The notes under the pieces: model-generated
Seen by the model: only the letters and a program-made list of their open reading frames with translations
Told to the model about the DNA's origin: nothing
Database searches by the model: none
Position numbers and translations under genes: made by a program
DNA from: Actinomycetales bacterium
GTDB lineage: Bacteria; Actinomycetota; Actinomycetes; Actinomycetales; CAVURS01
DNA length: 27,134 nt
Direction of reading: 5' to 3'
NCBI GenBank assembly: GCA_045807245.1
Contig: JBJMHS010000045.1
Location: 62,001 to 89,134, forward strand
Shown: positions 7,546-16,133 of the stretch, one piece after another
How the letters are laid out: each line of letters begins with the position of its first letter
How positions within the stretch are numbered: the first letter of the stretch is position 1

Positions 7546-9042
7546 ATGGACCCGGAGGCCCAGGCGATCACGCCTGCCACCCACGCGTTGTGGTCCGGGC
7601 GGGCCGAGACGCTGTCCGGGCTGCAGCGCCTGCTCGAGGTCGTCGGTCACATGAACGGCAGCGAGGGCCTGGCCGAGACCCTCGAGGCGGTCGCCCGGGG
7701 CATCGTCGTCGCCACCGGCTTCCAAGCCGTCGTCATCAACTACATGCGCGCCGACGGCCTGATGGAGATCACCACGGTCGTCGGGCCGGACGAGGTCAAG
7801 GGCGCTCTGCTGGGCAAGGAGGTCGACCCGGGAGACCTGGTCCGCGAGATGGGCGTCGCCGAGTCCTGGGGCCGGCTGCGCTTCCTGCGGCACGGCGTCG
7901 TGCCGATCGGCGAGTACCAGTGGATCCCCGACATCCCGGTCCCGACCGATCCCGATGGCTGGCACCCCGGTGACGACCTGCTGGTGCCGCTGTACGCCAC
8001 GTCGCGCGAGCTGATCGGCATCGTCTCGGTCGACATGCCGTACGACGGGATGCTCCCGGACGCGAACCGGCGCCAGCTGCTCGAGATGCTCGCGATGCAA
8101 GCCGAGATCGCGATCAACAACGCGCGGCTCACCCAACGGCTGCAGGCGAGCGAGGCCTCGCTGCGCCTGGCGTTCGACGTCGCAGCGGTCGGCATGGCGC
8201 TCGTCAGCCTGGACCAGCGCACCCCGCTGCGCATCTTGCGCGGCAACGCCGTCCTGTCCGCGCTGGCCAACGAGCTCGGGCGGACGTCACTGGACGGCCT
8301 GAGCGACCTGCTCGACGCCGACGACACGGACCACGACGCGTCGACCTGGCTGCCGGCCCTGGGGCTCGACGGCCGTACGCGGGTGCTCAAGCGGGTCACG
8401 CACGACGGCATCGAGCGCTGGCTCGAGGTCACGGGTTCGGCCTTGCCGCTGCACAGCACCGAGTCGCCGCAGGCGATTGTGCAGGTCGAGGACATCACGG
8501 CGCGTCGGCAGGCCGAGCTCGACGCCCGCGAGGCCGCGAGCCGGGACCAGCTGACCGGTCTCAAGAACCGCAGTGGCCTGCTCCAGCAGCTGGCCGAGAT
8601 GTGTCAGCGCAGCGCCGCGGCTCAGACGATGGCGGCAGTCCTGTTCTGCGACCTCGACGGGTTCAAAGACATCAACGACACGCTCGGCCACTCGGCCGGC
8701 GACGCCGTCCTCGTGACATGTGCCTCGCGCCTGGCGTCATTGGTTCGCGGCACGGACCAGGCCTACCGGGTCGGCGGCGACGAGTTCGTCGTCCTGATCG
8801 ACGACATCACGCCGTTCGCGCTGGAGTCCGTGGTGCAGCGCATCCGCGCGACCATCGAGGCACCGCAGAGCCACGAAGGCCACCTGCTCAACGTCGGCAT
8901 CAGCGTCGGCTGGGCCATGGTTGACGGCCGTACGCAGGACGTCGCGCGCATCCTCGCCGCGGCCGACGCCGCGATGTACGCCGACAAGCGGGCCAAGATC
9001 GCACCGCGCCTACCCGCTCAGTACGGCCCGCGGCACCACTGA
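7546..9042 (+). CDS. Diguanylate cyclase with GAF and PAS-like sensor domains
   Basis: DQLTGLKNR, FCDLDGFKDINDTLGHSAGD, RGTD I-site, RVGGDEF and ADAAMYADK. N-terminal GAF-like region and a PAS-like segment ending VEDITARR. Confidence 0.92.
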   Translation: MDPEAQAITPATHALWSGRAETLSGLQRLLEVVGHMNGSEGLAETLEAVARGIVVATGFQAVVINYMRADGLMEITTVVGPDEVKGALLGKEVDPGDLVREMGVAESWGRLRFLRHGVVPIGEYQWIPDIPVPTDPDGWHPGDDLLVPLYATSRELIGIVSVDMPYDGMLPDANRRQLLEMLAMQAEIAINNARLTQRLQASEASLRLAFDVAAVGMALVSLDQRTPLRILRGNAVLSALANELGRTSLDGLSDLLDADDTDHDASTWLPALGLDGRTRVLKRVTHDGIERWLEVTGSALPLHSTESPQAIVQVEDITARRQAELDAREAASRDQLTGLKNRSGLLQQLAEMCQRSAAAQTMAAVLFCDLDGFKDINDTLGHSAGDAVLVTCASRLASLVRGTDQAYRVGGDEFVVLIDDITPFALESVVQRIRATIEAPQSHEGHLLNVGISVGWAMVDGRTQDVARILAAADAAMYADKRAKIAPRLPAQYGPRHH

Positions 9043-9141
9043 CGCGTAGGCGGACCGGACCACATACGGTCCTGTCATAACGGCTCAACCGGGCGTCCTC
9101 GCCCTCGAGCTGACGCGGACGGCACGGAAGGACGCAACAGG

Positions 9142-10884
9142 ATGGCGCGCTTGGTGTCCGTCAACGTGGGCTTGCCCAAGGACGTGGCCTGGCAGGGCCA
9201 CACGGTGCACACCGGGATCTGGAAGCAACCCGTCACCGGTCGACGGATGGTGCGACGTCTCAACATCGACGGCGACGGCCAGGGTGACCTGGACGGACAC
9301 GGCGGTGAGCAGCGCGCCGTACTCGTGTACCAGCTGGACTCCCATCGGCACTGGCAGGACCACTTCGGCTGGGACGCAGTCCAGTTCGGTCTGTTCGGCG
9401 AGAACCTCACCGTCGACGGACTGGCCGACGACGAGGTGTGCATCGGTGACCGGTACCGCATCGGCGAGGCCGAGTTCGAGGTCACGCAGCCGCGCGTCAC
9501 CTGCTTCCGGGTCGGCCTCCGCGTCGGTCAGCCCGAGCTCCCGGCGCTCCTGGTGGCCCACCACCGGCCGGGGTTCTACCTGCGCGTCATCACCGAGGGC
9601 TACGTCGAGGCGGGTGACGACATCGTGCGCACTCGCGTGGGGCCTCATGCGCTGAGCGTCGCCGACATCGACGCGCTGCTCTACCTGCCCAACCGTGATG
9701 TCGACCGATTGCGCCGTGCGGTCGACGTGCCCGCGCTGAGCCCCGGCTGGCAGCAGTCGTTCCGCGACCTGTTGGCCCAGGTCGCGGCGGGCGGACCCGC
9801 GGAGGGCCCACGGGCCGGCGCCGAGCCAGGTTGGCCGGGGTTCCGGCGGCTGCGTGTGACGGGCGTCGTTGCGGAGAGCTCGACCGTCAGCTCGATCTGT
9901 CTGGTGCCGGATGACGGCGAGCGGCTGTCGCGACCGCGCGCCGGGCAGTACATCACCGTGCGCGCCAGTGAGGCCGGCGACCCCGCTCCGGCCCGCAGCT
10001 ACTCGCTGTCCTCCGACCCGGGGGCAGAGGAGTACCGGATCACGGTCAAGCGCGAACCGTACGGCGTGATGAGCCGCTACCTGCACGCGCATCTGCAGGC
10101 CGGATCCGTGCTGGACGTCGCCGCTCCGCGCGGCGAGTTCGTGCTGGACGACGACGCGACGCCGTTGTTGCTCCTGTCGGCCGGCATCGGAGTCACGCCG
10201 GTCCTGGCCATGCTCCATCAGCTCGCGGATGCTCGGAGCACGCGGCCGATCTGGTGGGTCCAGGTGGTGCGCGACGCCGGCGAGCACGCGTTCGCGTCCG
10301 AGTCACGGCGACTGCTGGACGCGCTCGGCGACGCCCACGAACGGGTGTTCTACACCTCGCCCGAGGCGGACGTCCCGGCGACCGGTCGGGTCACCCGAGG
10401 GCGTCCCACCGCTGCAGCCCTCGCGGAGCTCGGCCTGCCGACTGACGCCACCGCGTACATCTGCGGCCCGATCGCGTTCATGACCGAGATGACCGATGCC
10501 CTGGTCTCGCTCGGCATCGCACCGGCGCGGGTGCACACGGAGCTGTTCGGTGCGCGCTCGGCGATCAACCCGGGGGTGACAGATGTACGACGCGTAACAC
10601 CGCATCCCCCGCCGGGACCGCCGGGCACTGGGCCTCTCGTGACGTTCGCCCGCAGCGGTCTGACCCTGCGATGGCCTGCGGCGCAGCGGACGTTGCTCGA
10701 GCTGGCCGATGCCTGCGAGGTCCCTACGCGATGGTCGTGCCGCACCGGGGTCTGCCACACCTGCGTGACCCCGCTCTTGTCCGGGGCGGTGGCCTACTCA
10801 CCCGAGCCGCTCGAACCACCGGGCCCCGGCGAGGTCCTGATCTGCTGCTCCCGGCCGCAGAGCGACGTCGTGCTCGACCTCTAG
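9142..10884 (+). CDS. MOSC (YiiM-like) domain fused to FAD/NAD(P)-binding reductase and [2Fe-2S] ferredoxin
   Basis: GDGQGDL..HGG, FGENLTV and VTQPRVTC (Moco Cys); RSYSLSS, SAGIGVTP and YICGP; SCRTGVCHTC...ICC. Confidence 0.92.
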   Translation: MARLVSVNVGLPKDVAWQGHTVHTGIWKQPVTGRRMVRRLNIDGDGQGDLDGHGGEQRAVLVYQLDSHRHWQDHFGWDAVQFGLFGENLTVDGLADDEVCIGDRYRIGEAEFEVTQPRVTCFRVGLRVGQPELPALLVAHHRPGFYLRVITEGYVEAGDDIVRTRVGPHALSVADIDALLYLPNRDVDRLRRAVDVPALSPGWQQSFRDLLAQVAAGGPAEGPRAGAEPGWPGFRRLRVTGVVAESSTVSSICLVPDDGERLSRPRAGQYITVRASEAGDPAPARSYSLSSDPGAEEYRITVKREPYGVMSRYLHAHLQAGSVLDVAAPRGEFVLDDDATPLLLLSAGIGVTPVLAMLHQLADARSTRPIWWVQVVRDAGEHAFASESRRLLDALGDAHERVFYTSPEADVPATGRVTRGRPTAAALAELGLPTDATAYICGPIAFMTEMTDALVSLGIAPARVHTELFGARSAINPGVTDVRRVTPHPPPGPPGTGPLVTFARSGLTLRWPAAQRTLLELADACEVPTRWSCRTGVCHTCVTPLLSGAVAYSPEPLEPPGPGEVLICCSRPQSDVVLDL

Positions 10885-10921
10885 CCGGAGCGTCGGCGTC
10901 AGCCGTGGTGCTGACCCTCGC

Positions 10922-11233
10922 CTACTCCGCCCGCTCGGTGCCCGACTGGTCCAGCGACGCGCCGGACTCCAGCTGGTTCCGCTCCCTCAGGTCCAAGTCA
11001 GTGTCCGCGGCCGCTTCCTCGCTGACCACGTACGTCCGGCCGGCGACCGCGTCGGAAGCGACCGCGTCGACCCACTTCGCCGGCTGGGGCGGTAACCCGC
11101 GGCCCATCAGCTCGGCTTGCAGTCGCTCAGACGCCTCCGCCACCGTCCGCCCAGGGGCCCACAGCACGAGGTCTTCGATCACCGCCTGCATCAACGCCTG
11201 CCGGGCCCGGCGGGTCTCCTGCGTCTCTGTCAT
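10922..11233 (-). CDS. Hypothetical protein (103 aa, acidic C-terminus)
   Basis: GC3-biased codons and protein-like composition. GGAG lies close upstream of ATG 11233. Confidence 0.6.
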   Translation of the reverse strand: MTETQETRRARQALMQAVIEDLVLWAPGRTVAEASERLQAELMGRGLPPQPAKWVDAVASDAVAGRTYVVSEEAAADTDLDLRERNQLESGASLDQSGTERAE

Positions 11234-11318
11234 CACTCCACCGTGCCGCACCTCGAGAGTCCGCGCCTGCCCGGGCCAACGCCGGCCGTGCGGCACCGGC
11301 CGCAGCAACCACCGGCAG

Positions 11319-11434
11319 GCGGTCGCAGGACTGAGCGTCCCGACGCTCGACCTGCGGGCCGCTGACCTGGGAGCTAGCGTCGCAGCGTGCCCATGAGCAA
11401 CCTGGCCTGGCCGGTGACCACGCAGGTCACCGGC
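11319..11434. repeat. Cluster of strong GC hairpins in a divergent intergenic region
   Basis: CGCAGG..GAGCGT-CCCG-ACGCTC..CCTGCG (11324-11356) and GCCGGTGACC-ACGCA-GGTCACCGGC (11410-11434). Confidence 0.6.
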
Positions 11435-11495
11435 GCAGACCCGCTGGGCGGCGGGACGGCGTACCGGTCCGCGACTCGCCCGGTGGAGGGCCCTC

Positions 11496-12047
11496 ATGCC
11501 GGTCGATAGGGCACGCCGGGACGATCTGAGGGCGCCGGACTCGTTGCTCCAGGACGTCCGGCTGCCCGATGATCCGGAGGCAAGGACCTGGCCTCGGCGC
11601 GTGACCATCGCCGTACTGCTGCTGTTCGTCCTCGCCGGCGCGACCGGGTTCCTCGGCACGCACACCAGGACGGCTACAGCGTCGTCCGGCGGATATCGGA
11701 TGACCGTGACCTACGCGTGGGTCGCCCGGCCTGGGCAGGACGTGCCGTGGCGGGTGCACGTGCACTGCCCCGGTGGCTGCCAGGACGACATCACCCTTGC
11801 GGTGTCGGCCGAGTACTTCCGGATCTTCGAGACGCAAGGCTTCTCGCCGAGTCCGCAACACAGCACGAGCGACGGCAAATTCGTCTACCTGACGTTCAGC
11901 AAACCCCCTGCCGGCCATGACTTCGGCGTCGACTACGACGCGTACATCCAGCCCGGCAGCCACACCGGGGCCCCTGCGACGGTGCGGCTGATCGTGCAGA
12001 GCCGGCTCATCACCGAGCTTCGCATCCACACCTGGTTGGCGCCCTGA
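11496..12047 (+). CDS. Hypothetical single-TM protein with a beta-rich extracytoplasmic domain
   Basis: GGAGG ribosome-binding site, TM segment VTIAVLLLFVLAGATGFLG, stop overlaps the next ATG (TGATG). Confidence 0.75.
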   Translation: MPVDRARRDDLRAPDSLLQDVRLPDDPEARTWPRRVTIAVLLLFVLAGATGFLGTHTRTATASSGGYRMTVTYAWVARPGQDVPWRVHVHCPGGCQDDITLAVSAEYFRIFETQGFSPSPQHSTSDGKFVYLTFSKPPAGHDFGVDYDAYIQPGSHTGAPATVRLIVQSRLITELRIHTWLAP

Positions 12048-12523
12048 TGGACATCGTCTACCGCGCGGTGTTGGTCTTCGGCTTCCTCTGGCTCGTCACC
12101 CGTCTGTCCGGGCGGGCCACGATCGGGGAGCTGAGCACTTTCCAGATGCTGCTGTACGTCACGATGGGAGACCTCGTGCAGCAGGCGGTGACTCAGCAGG
12201 ACTACTCGGTCACGTCGGCCGTGCTGGCGGTTGGGACGTTCACGATCCTTACCATCGGGCTCTCCGTCGTGAACAGCCGCTACCGCCGGGCCCGACCGGT
12301 CACTCATGGCGTACCGGTCGTCATCGTCCAGTCGGGCGAGCCCTTGCTCGACCGGATGCGCAGCGAGGACCTGTCGCTGGACGACCTTATGGCCGCCGCG
12401 CGCGAGAACGGGCTGGACCGCTTCTCCGACATCCGGGTCGCCGTCCTGGAGGCCAACGGACGAATCTCCTTCTTCACCCACAGCAAGAGCTCAGGCGCCT
12501 CCGACGAGCCGACGATCGGCTGA
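12047..12523 (+). CDS. DUF421 / YetF family membrane protein
   Basis: TRLSGRATIGELSTFQ, GDLVQQ, GVPVVIV and AVLEANGRIS motifs. Confidence 0.88.
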   Translation: MDIVYRAVLVFGFLWLVTRLSGRATIGELSTFQMLLYVTMGDLVQQAVTQQDYSVTSAVLAVGTFTILTIGLSVVNSRYRRARPVTHGVPVVIVQSGEPLLDRMRSEDLSLDDLMAAARENGLDRFSDIRVAVLEANGRISFFTHSKSSGASDEPTIG

Positions 12524-12599
12524 AGACCGCGGCCGGGCGGCTGAGCGGACGGCTGAGGCCGCGGCCCGAGTCTCCAAGCGGGCCAGTGCTTTTCGCCGA

Positions 12600-14162
12600 T
12601 CAGGCGACGAGCGCCTGCTGCATCGCCCAGAGGGCAGCGGCAGCGCGGGTGGACACCCCGATCTTCGTGTAGACGTGCTGGATGTGATGGTCCGCCGTCT
12701 TGGGTGATATGAAGAGCTGCTCGGCGATGGCCTTCGTCGTGAGCCCGCGGGCGGCGAGTCGCAGGACCTCGGCCTCGCGTTCGGTCAGCCCACCGGGCTG
12801 TGCTCGCCGCGCCGCAGCCGTGACGCCCGCGCTGTGACCGGCGGCCTCGAGCACCGCTCCGGTGGCGGTGGGGTCGAGGGAGCCCCGGGCGGCCAGGGTG
12901 AGGAGCTCGGCCGCAGCATCGTCCGCCGACAGAGCCGGCCGGTCGGCCCGGTCACTGGTGAGACCGACGTACACGTCCGTGGCCGTGAGGACCTGCGCCG
13001 CCGGCTCGAGCGCGGACGCCGCCAGGCTCTTGTGGTACCCCGACCCGTCGGGCCGCTCGTGATGCGCGGCCGCAAGGGGGTTGAGCAGCCGCAGTGCGCC
13101 CGAGCGGCGGAGCATCTGCTCCGTGACCATGGGGTGCAGCTCGACCCGGTCGAACTCGGCCCGGGTCAGCGGTGCGGCCTTGTCCCAGATCGAGTTCGGG
13201 ACAGCCGTGGTGCCGAGCTCGTGGACAAGTGCCGCCCGCCGGAGGGACGCGATGGCGTCGTCGTCATAACCGAGCACCTTCGCCGCCGCAGACGCGAGGT
13301 CGGCACATCGGCGGCTGTGGCCCGACATGAACGGTGACTTCAGGTCGACGAAGTCCGCGACGACGAGCAGCATCTCGTCCAGCCGGGCGCCGTCGAAGGT
13401 CCGATGCGGCTCCGGTTCGAGCGCCAGGACCGCGTCCCACGGGTCGAGCGCGGCGAGGCGGTCGAACCACTCGGCGCCGTGCGTCGCGAAGAGCTCGGCC
13501 AGCTCGGGGTCGTAGGTGCGCCCGCTGCGGTCGCGGACGACCTGCAGAGCCTCCTCGGCGGAGAAGCGCCGGCCGTAGGCCTCCATGTCGTGACTGACAT
13601 GGACGATCCGCATGGCCAGCGGGATCTCTTCGCCGCTGGCATGGTGAGGGAAGCCGGCGCCGTTCCAGCGCTCGAACGAGAAGCCGAGCACGCCGCGGAT
13701 GTGGTCGTCGAAGCCCAGGCGGGCGGCGAGCATGTCGGCGACCTCGCACCCGGAGCTGAAGTTGAAGGCGAGCCAGTGGTCGACGTCGCGCCGGATGACG
13801 GCGGTGATCTCCTCGTGTTGCTCGGGCGGCCGTACGGCGGTCGCGAACTGGATCGCGTCGCGCAGCACCTCATCGCGGTCGGCGGCGTCGTGGACCAGGG
13901 TCTGGGCGCGGATGGACAGGTCGTCATGGAACAGCTCCGCCACCTCGTGCGCATGGCCGGTGCATCCCAGGTAGCGCAACAGCGCCACCCAGTACGTCGT
14001 CTCGCGCAGCCCGGGGTCGAAACCGGCCTCGCGGCACATCCAGTCCGCCAGCAGGCAGGACCGCAGCTGCGACTCGAGCGGCTGGCCGAACGCGTTGTCC
14101 TGGGCCAGCGCAAAGGTGGCAACGAGCTCACCGAGGCGCAACGAGGGTTCAGTGGGGGACAT
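12600..14162 (-). CDS. Tandem HD-GYP-like domains fused to a LuxR HTH (regulator)
   Basis: LLRYLGC/FERWNGAGFP repeat, DLKSPFMSGHS, HELG, HHERPDGSGYH, and C-terminal GLTEREAEVL...ISPKTADHHIQHVYTKIGV. Confidence 0.9.
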   Translation of the reverse strand: MSPTEPSLRLGELVATFALAQDNAFGQPLESQLRSCLLADWMCREAGFDPGLRETTYWVALLRYLGCTGHAHEVAELFHDDLSIRAQTLVHDAADRDEVLRDAIQFATAVRPPEQHEEITAVIRRDVDHWLAFNFSSGCEVADMLAARLGFDDHIRGVLGFSFERWNGAGFPHHASGEEIPLAMRIVHVSHDMEAYGRRFSAEEALQVVRDRSGRTYDPELAELFATHGAEWFDRLAALDPWDAVLALEPEPHRTFDGARLDEMLLVVADFVDLKSPFMSGHSRRCADLASAAAKVLGYDDDAIASLRRAALVHELGTTAVPNSIWDKAAPLTRAEFDRVELHPMVTEQMLRRSGALRLLNPLAAAHHERPDGSGYHKSLAASALEPAAQVLTATDVYVGLTSDRADRPALSADDAAAELLTLAARGSLDPTATGAVLEAAGHSAGVTAAARRAQPGGLTEREAEVLRLAARGLTTKAIAEQLFISPKTADHHIQHVYTKIGVSTRAAAALWAMQQALVA

Positions 14163-14250
14163 CCGAAACCGCCTGTCCGTCGGAAGCGCCGGGGTTCGCG
14201 CCCCTTCGAGGTGAGTAGACCACGCCCCGGTGCTCGGCCGGGAGAACGGA

Positions 14251-14296
14251 ATGGGGAGTTCACCCGATGTGGTCGGTCGGGTACGGCGCCCAGGAT
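14251..14296 (+). promoter_or_regulatory. Putative LuxR-type box ATGGGG-N6-CCCGAT with downstream -10 CAGGAT
   Basis: Imperfect 18-bp palindrome at 14251-14268, 22 nt upstream of CAGGAT (14291-14296). Confidence 0.5.
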
Positions 14297-14349
14297 CAGC
14301 ACATCGATCGGCGCCGAGCCCGGCACCGGCGGATCCGGAGGAGCGAGAC

Positions 14350-14622
14350 ATGATCCTGGCAACCACGACCGTCGAGGACTACGACCGTTTCATCGACGTC
14401 TTCTCGAGCAAGGGCGCCGACAAGCGCCGCCAGCACGGTTCCAAGGGCGCGAAGGTCTTCCGCGACCCCAACCAGGACGACCGGGTCTGGGTCATCTTCG
14501 ACTGGGACGAGGCCGGCTGGGCCAGCTTCGTCTCCGACCCCGAGGTGCCCACGGTCATGCAGTCGGCCGGCCACAAGAGCAGGCCCGAAACCCTGGCCCT
14601 GTGCGACACGGTCGACGCCTGA
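14350..14622 (+). CDS. Small dimeric alpha-beta barrel (ABM/cyclase-like) protein, 90 aa
   Basis: GGAGGAG ribosome-binding site; VEDYDRF...KVFRDPNQDDRVWVIFDWD...MQSAG pattern. Confidence 0.75.
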   Translation: MILATTTVEDYDRFIDVFSSKGADKRRQHGSKGAKVFRDPNQDDRVWVIFDWDEAGWASFVSDPEVPTVMQSAGHKSRPETLALCDTVDA

Positions 14623-14655
14623 CGATCAGGTCCCGCGCGCTCTGTCTGCCCGCAT

Positions 14656-14695
14656 TGATGCAACCTCCCGTCACCGGCGACGGGGGGTTGCATCA
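14656..14695. terminator. Strong 17-bp stem hairpin (terminator or REP-like element)
   Basis: TGATGCAACCTCCCGTC-ACCGGC-GACGGGGGGTTGCATCA with one G.U pair and no U-tract. Confidence 0.65.
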
Positions 14696-14822
14696 CTGCG
14701 TGGCGGCCGACCCGACCTGGACTTAACGCCGTCGTTATGGCGCGAGCCTGTCGCTGTCAGAGGTGGGGTCGCTACTGTCGATGGCCTGCGGCGACTCTGC
14801 TGCACTCGCGATTGAGAGCCTC

Positions 14823-15479
14823 ATGGCTGACGCCGGAGTGACCACGCAACCGACGCCGTACCCGGTGCAGCTCACGATCGACTACCCGGACCGGCCGCTC
14901 AACCGGCTCAGTTCGGCGTTCCGGATCTTCGCGGCCATCCCCATCCTTTTCCTCATCGGAACCGTCTCCGGGGAGACGTGGCAGTGGGGCTCCGACAAGG
15001 GCGGGCACACCGCGGTGGCGGCCGGTGCCGGCGGCCTGCTCTTCCTCGGGCCACTGCTGATGATCGTGTTCCGGCAGAAGTACCCGCGATGGTGGTTCGA
15101 CTGGAACCTGGAGCTGCAGCGGTTCGGCAACCGGGTGGCCGCGTACGTCGCGCTGGCCGATGACCGATACCCCTCCACGTACGAGCAGCAGGCGGTCCAC
15201 CTGGACTACCCGTACCCGGACGCGGCGCGAGACCTCAACCGCTGGCTGCCCCTGGTGAAGTGGTTCCTGGCGATACCGCACTACATCGTGCTCGTGTTTC
15301 TCTGGATCGCCGGTGTCGTCGTTGTGATCGTGGTCTGGTTCGCCATCTTGTTCACCGGCCGATACCCGAGGGCCCTCTTCGACTTCGTCGAGGGAGTGAT
15401 CCGGTGGCACAACCGAGTGCTTGCCTACGCGTTCGTCCTCGTCACCGACCAGTACCCGCCGTTCCGGCTCGCTGCGTGA
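14823..15479 (+). CDS. DUF4389 domain membrane protein (alternative start GTG 14838)
   Basis: Internal duplication: LNR..AIP..FRQKYPR.WFD..DDRYP and LNRWLPLVKWFLAIPHY..FTGRYPR.LFD..TDQYPPF. Confidence 0.85.
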   Translation: MADAGVTTQPTPYPVQLTIDYPDRPLNRLSSAFRIFAAIPILFLIGTVSGETWQWGSDKGGHTAVAAGAGGLLFLGPLLMIVFRQKYPRWWFDWNLELQRFGNRVAAYVALADDRYPSTYEQQAVHLDYPYPDAARDLNRWLPLVKWFLAIPHYIVLVFLWIAGVVVVIVVWFAILFTGRYPRALFDFVEGVIRWHNRVLAYAFVLVTDQYPPFRLAA

Positions 15480-16056
15480 GGCGAGGCTTCGCGCGTGCGT
15501 GCATCCGCTCGCCCTGGGGGCCGAAGACGCTGAGCACCTCCGCGGGCTGCTCTCCGGTGCTGCCGAACCAGTGCGGGACACGGGTGTCGAACTCGGCCAC
15601 CTCGCCCGGACCGAGGACCAGGTCGTGGTCGGCGAGGACAAGACGCATCCTGCCGCCGATGACGTAGAGCCACTCGTAGCCCTCGTGCGCCTTCAGCTCC
15701 GGATGACGCTTGGACGTCGGGATGACGATCTTCCACGCCTGGACTCCACCCGGCTGACGAGACAGAGCGACGACGGTGCGACCGTTGACTCGCCTTGGCT
15801 TGAGCCGCACCCGCGGGTCACCAACCTCAGGCGCTCCAACGAGATCGTCCAGCGGGACGCGATAGGCGTGGGCGAGCGGCAGGAGCAGCTCCAGGCTGGG
15901 CCGGCGGTTCCCGGTCTCCAGCCGCGACAAGGTGCTCTTCGAGATGCCGGTCGACGCGGCGAGCGCGGTCAGGGTGATGCCGCGCTGCTGGCGCAGCCGC
16001 TTCAGTCGTGGCCCGACCTGCTCGAGAGCTGCGGCGATCATGCTGGCGTCGTCCAC
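15442..16056 (-). CDS. XRE-family HTH plus cupin regulator
   Basis: VGPRLKRLR..ISKSTLSRLETGNRRPSLELL; HEGYEWLYV..LGPGEVAEFDTRVPHWF. Confidence 0.92.
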   Translation of the reverse strand: MDDASMIAAALEQVGPRLKRLRQQRGITLTALAASTGISKSTLSRLETGNRRPSLELLLPLAHAYRVPLDDLVGAPEVGDPRVRLKPRRVNGRTVVALSRQPGGVQAWKIVIPTSKRHPELKAHEGYEWLYVIGGRMRLVLADHDLVLGPGEVAEFDTRVPHWFGSTGEQPAEVLSVFGPQGERMHARAKPRLTQRAGTAGTGR

Positions 16057-16074
16057 TCCAACATGGTGCTCGAC

Positions 16075-16127
16075 GTTCCCAGAAACAGCAACGAAGGTTG
16101 AGCAACTTGACACGGCGGCTGCATCCT
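16075..16127. promoter_or_regulatory. Putative XRE operator pair and promoter for the oxidoreductase
   Basis: GTTCC-N8-GCAAC (16075-16092); a second TTG-N10-CAC 22 bp away overlaps TTGAGC-N18-CATCCT, which lies 6 nt before ATG 16134. Confidence 0.45.
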
Positions 16128-16133
16128 CTGGTC

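Noticed and set aside
12517..12565. Three CGGCTGA copies and CCGCGGCC/GGCCGCGG arms
   Set aside because: Short GC-rich words expected by chance; at most a weak terminator.
14721..14745. dif/Xer-like site ACTTAAC...TTATGGCGCGA
   Set aside because: Arm spacing is 3 nt too short and the inner ATAA is missing.
14755..14778. PafBC/RecA-NDp-like promoter TGTCAG...TACTGT
   Set aside because: Spacer is 12 nt rather than 10, and the downstream gene is not DNA-repair related.
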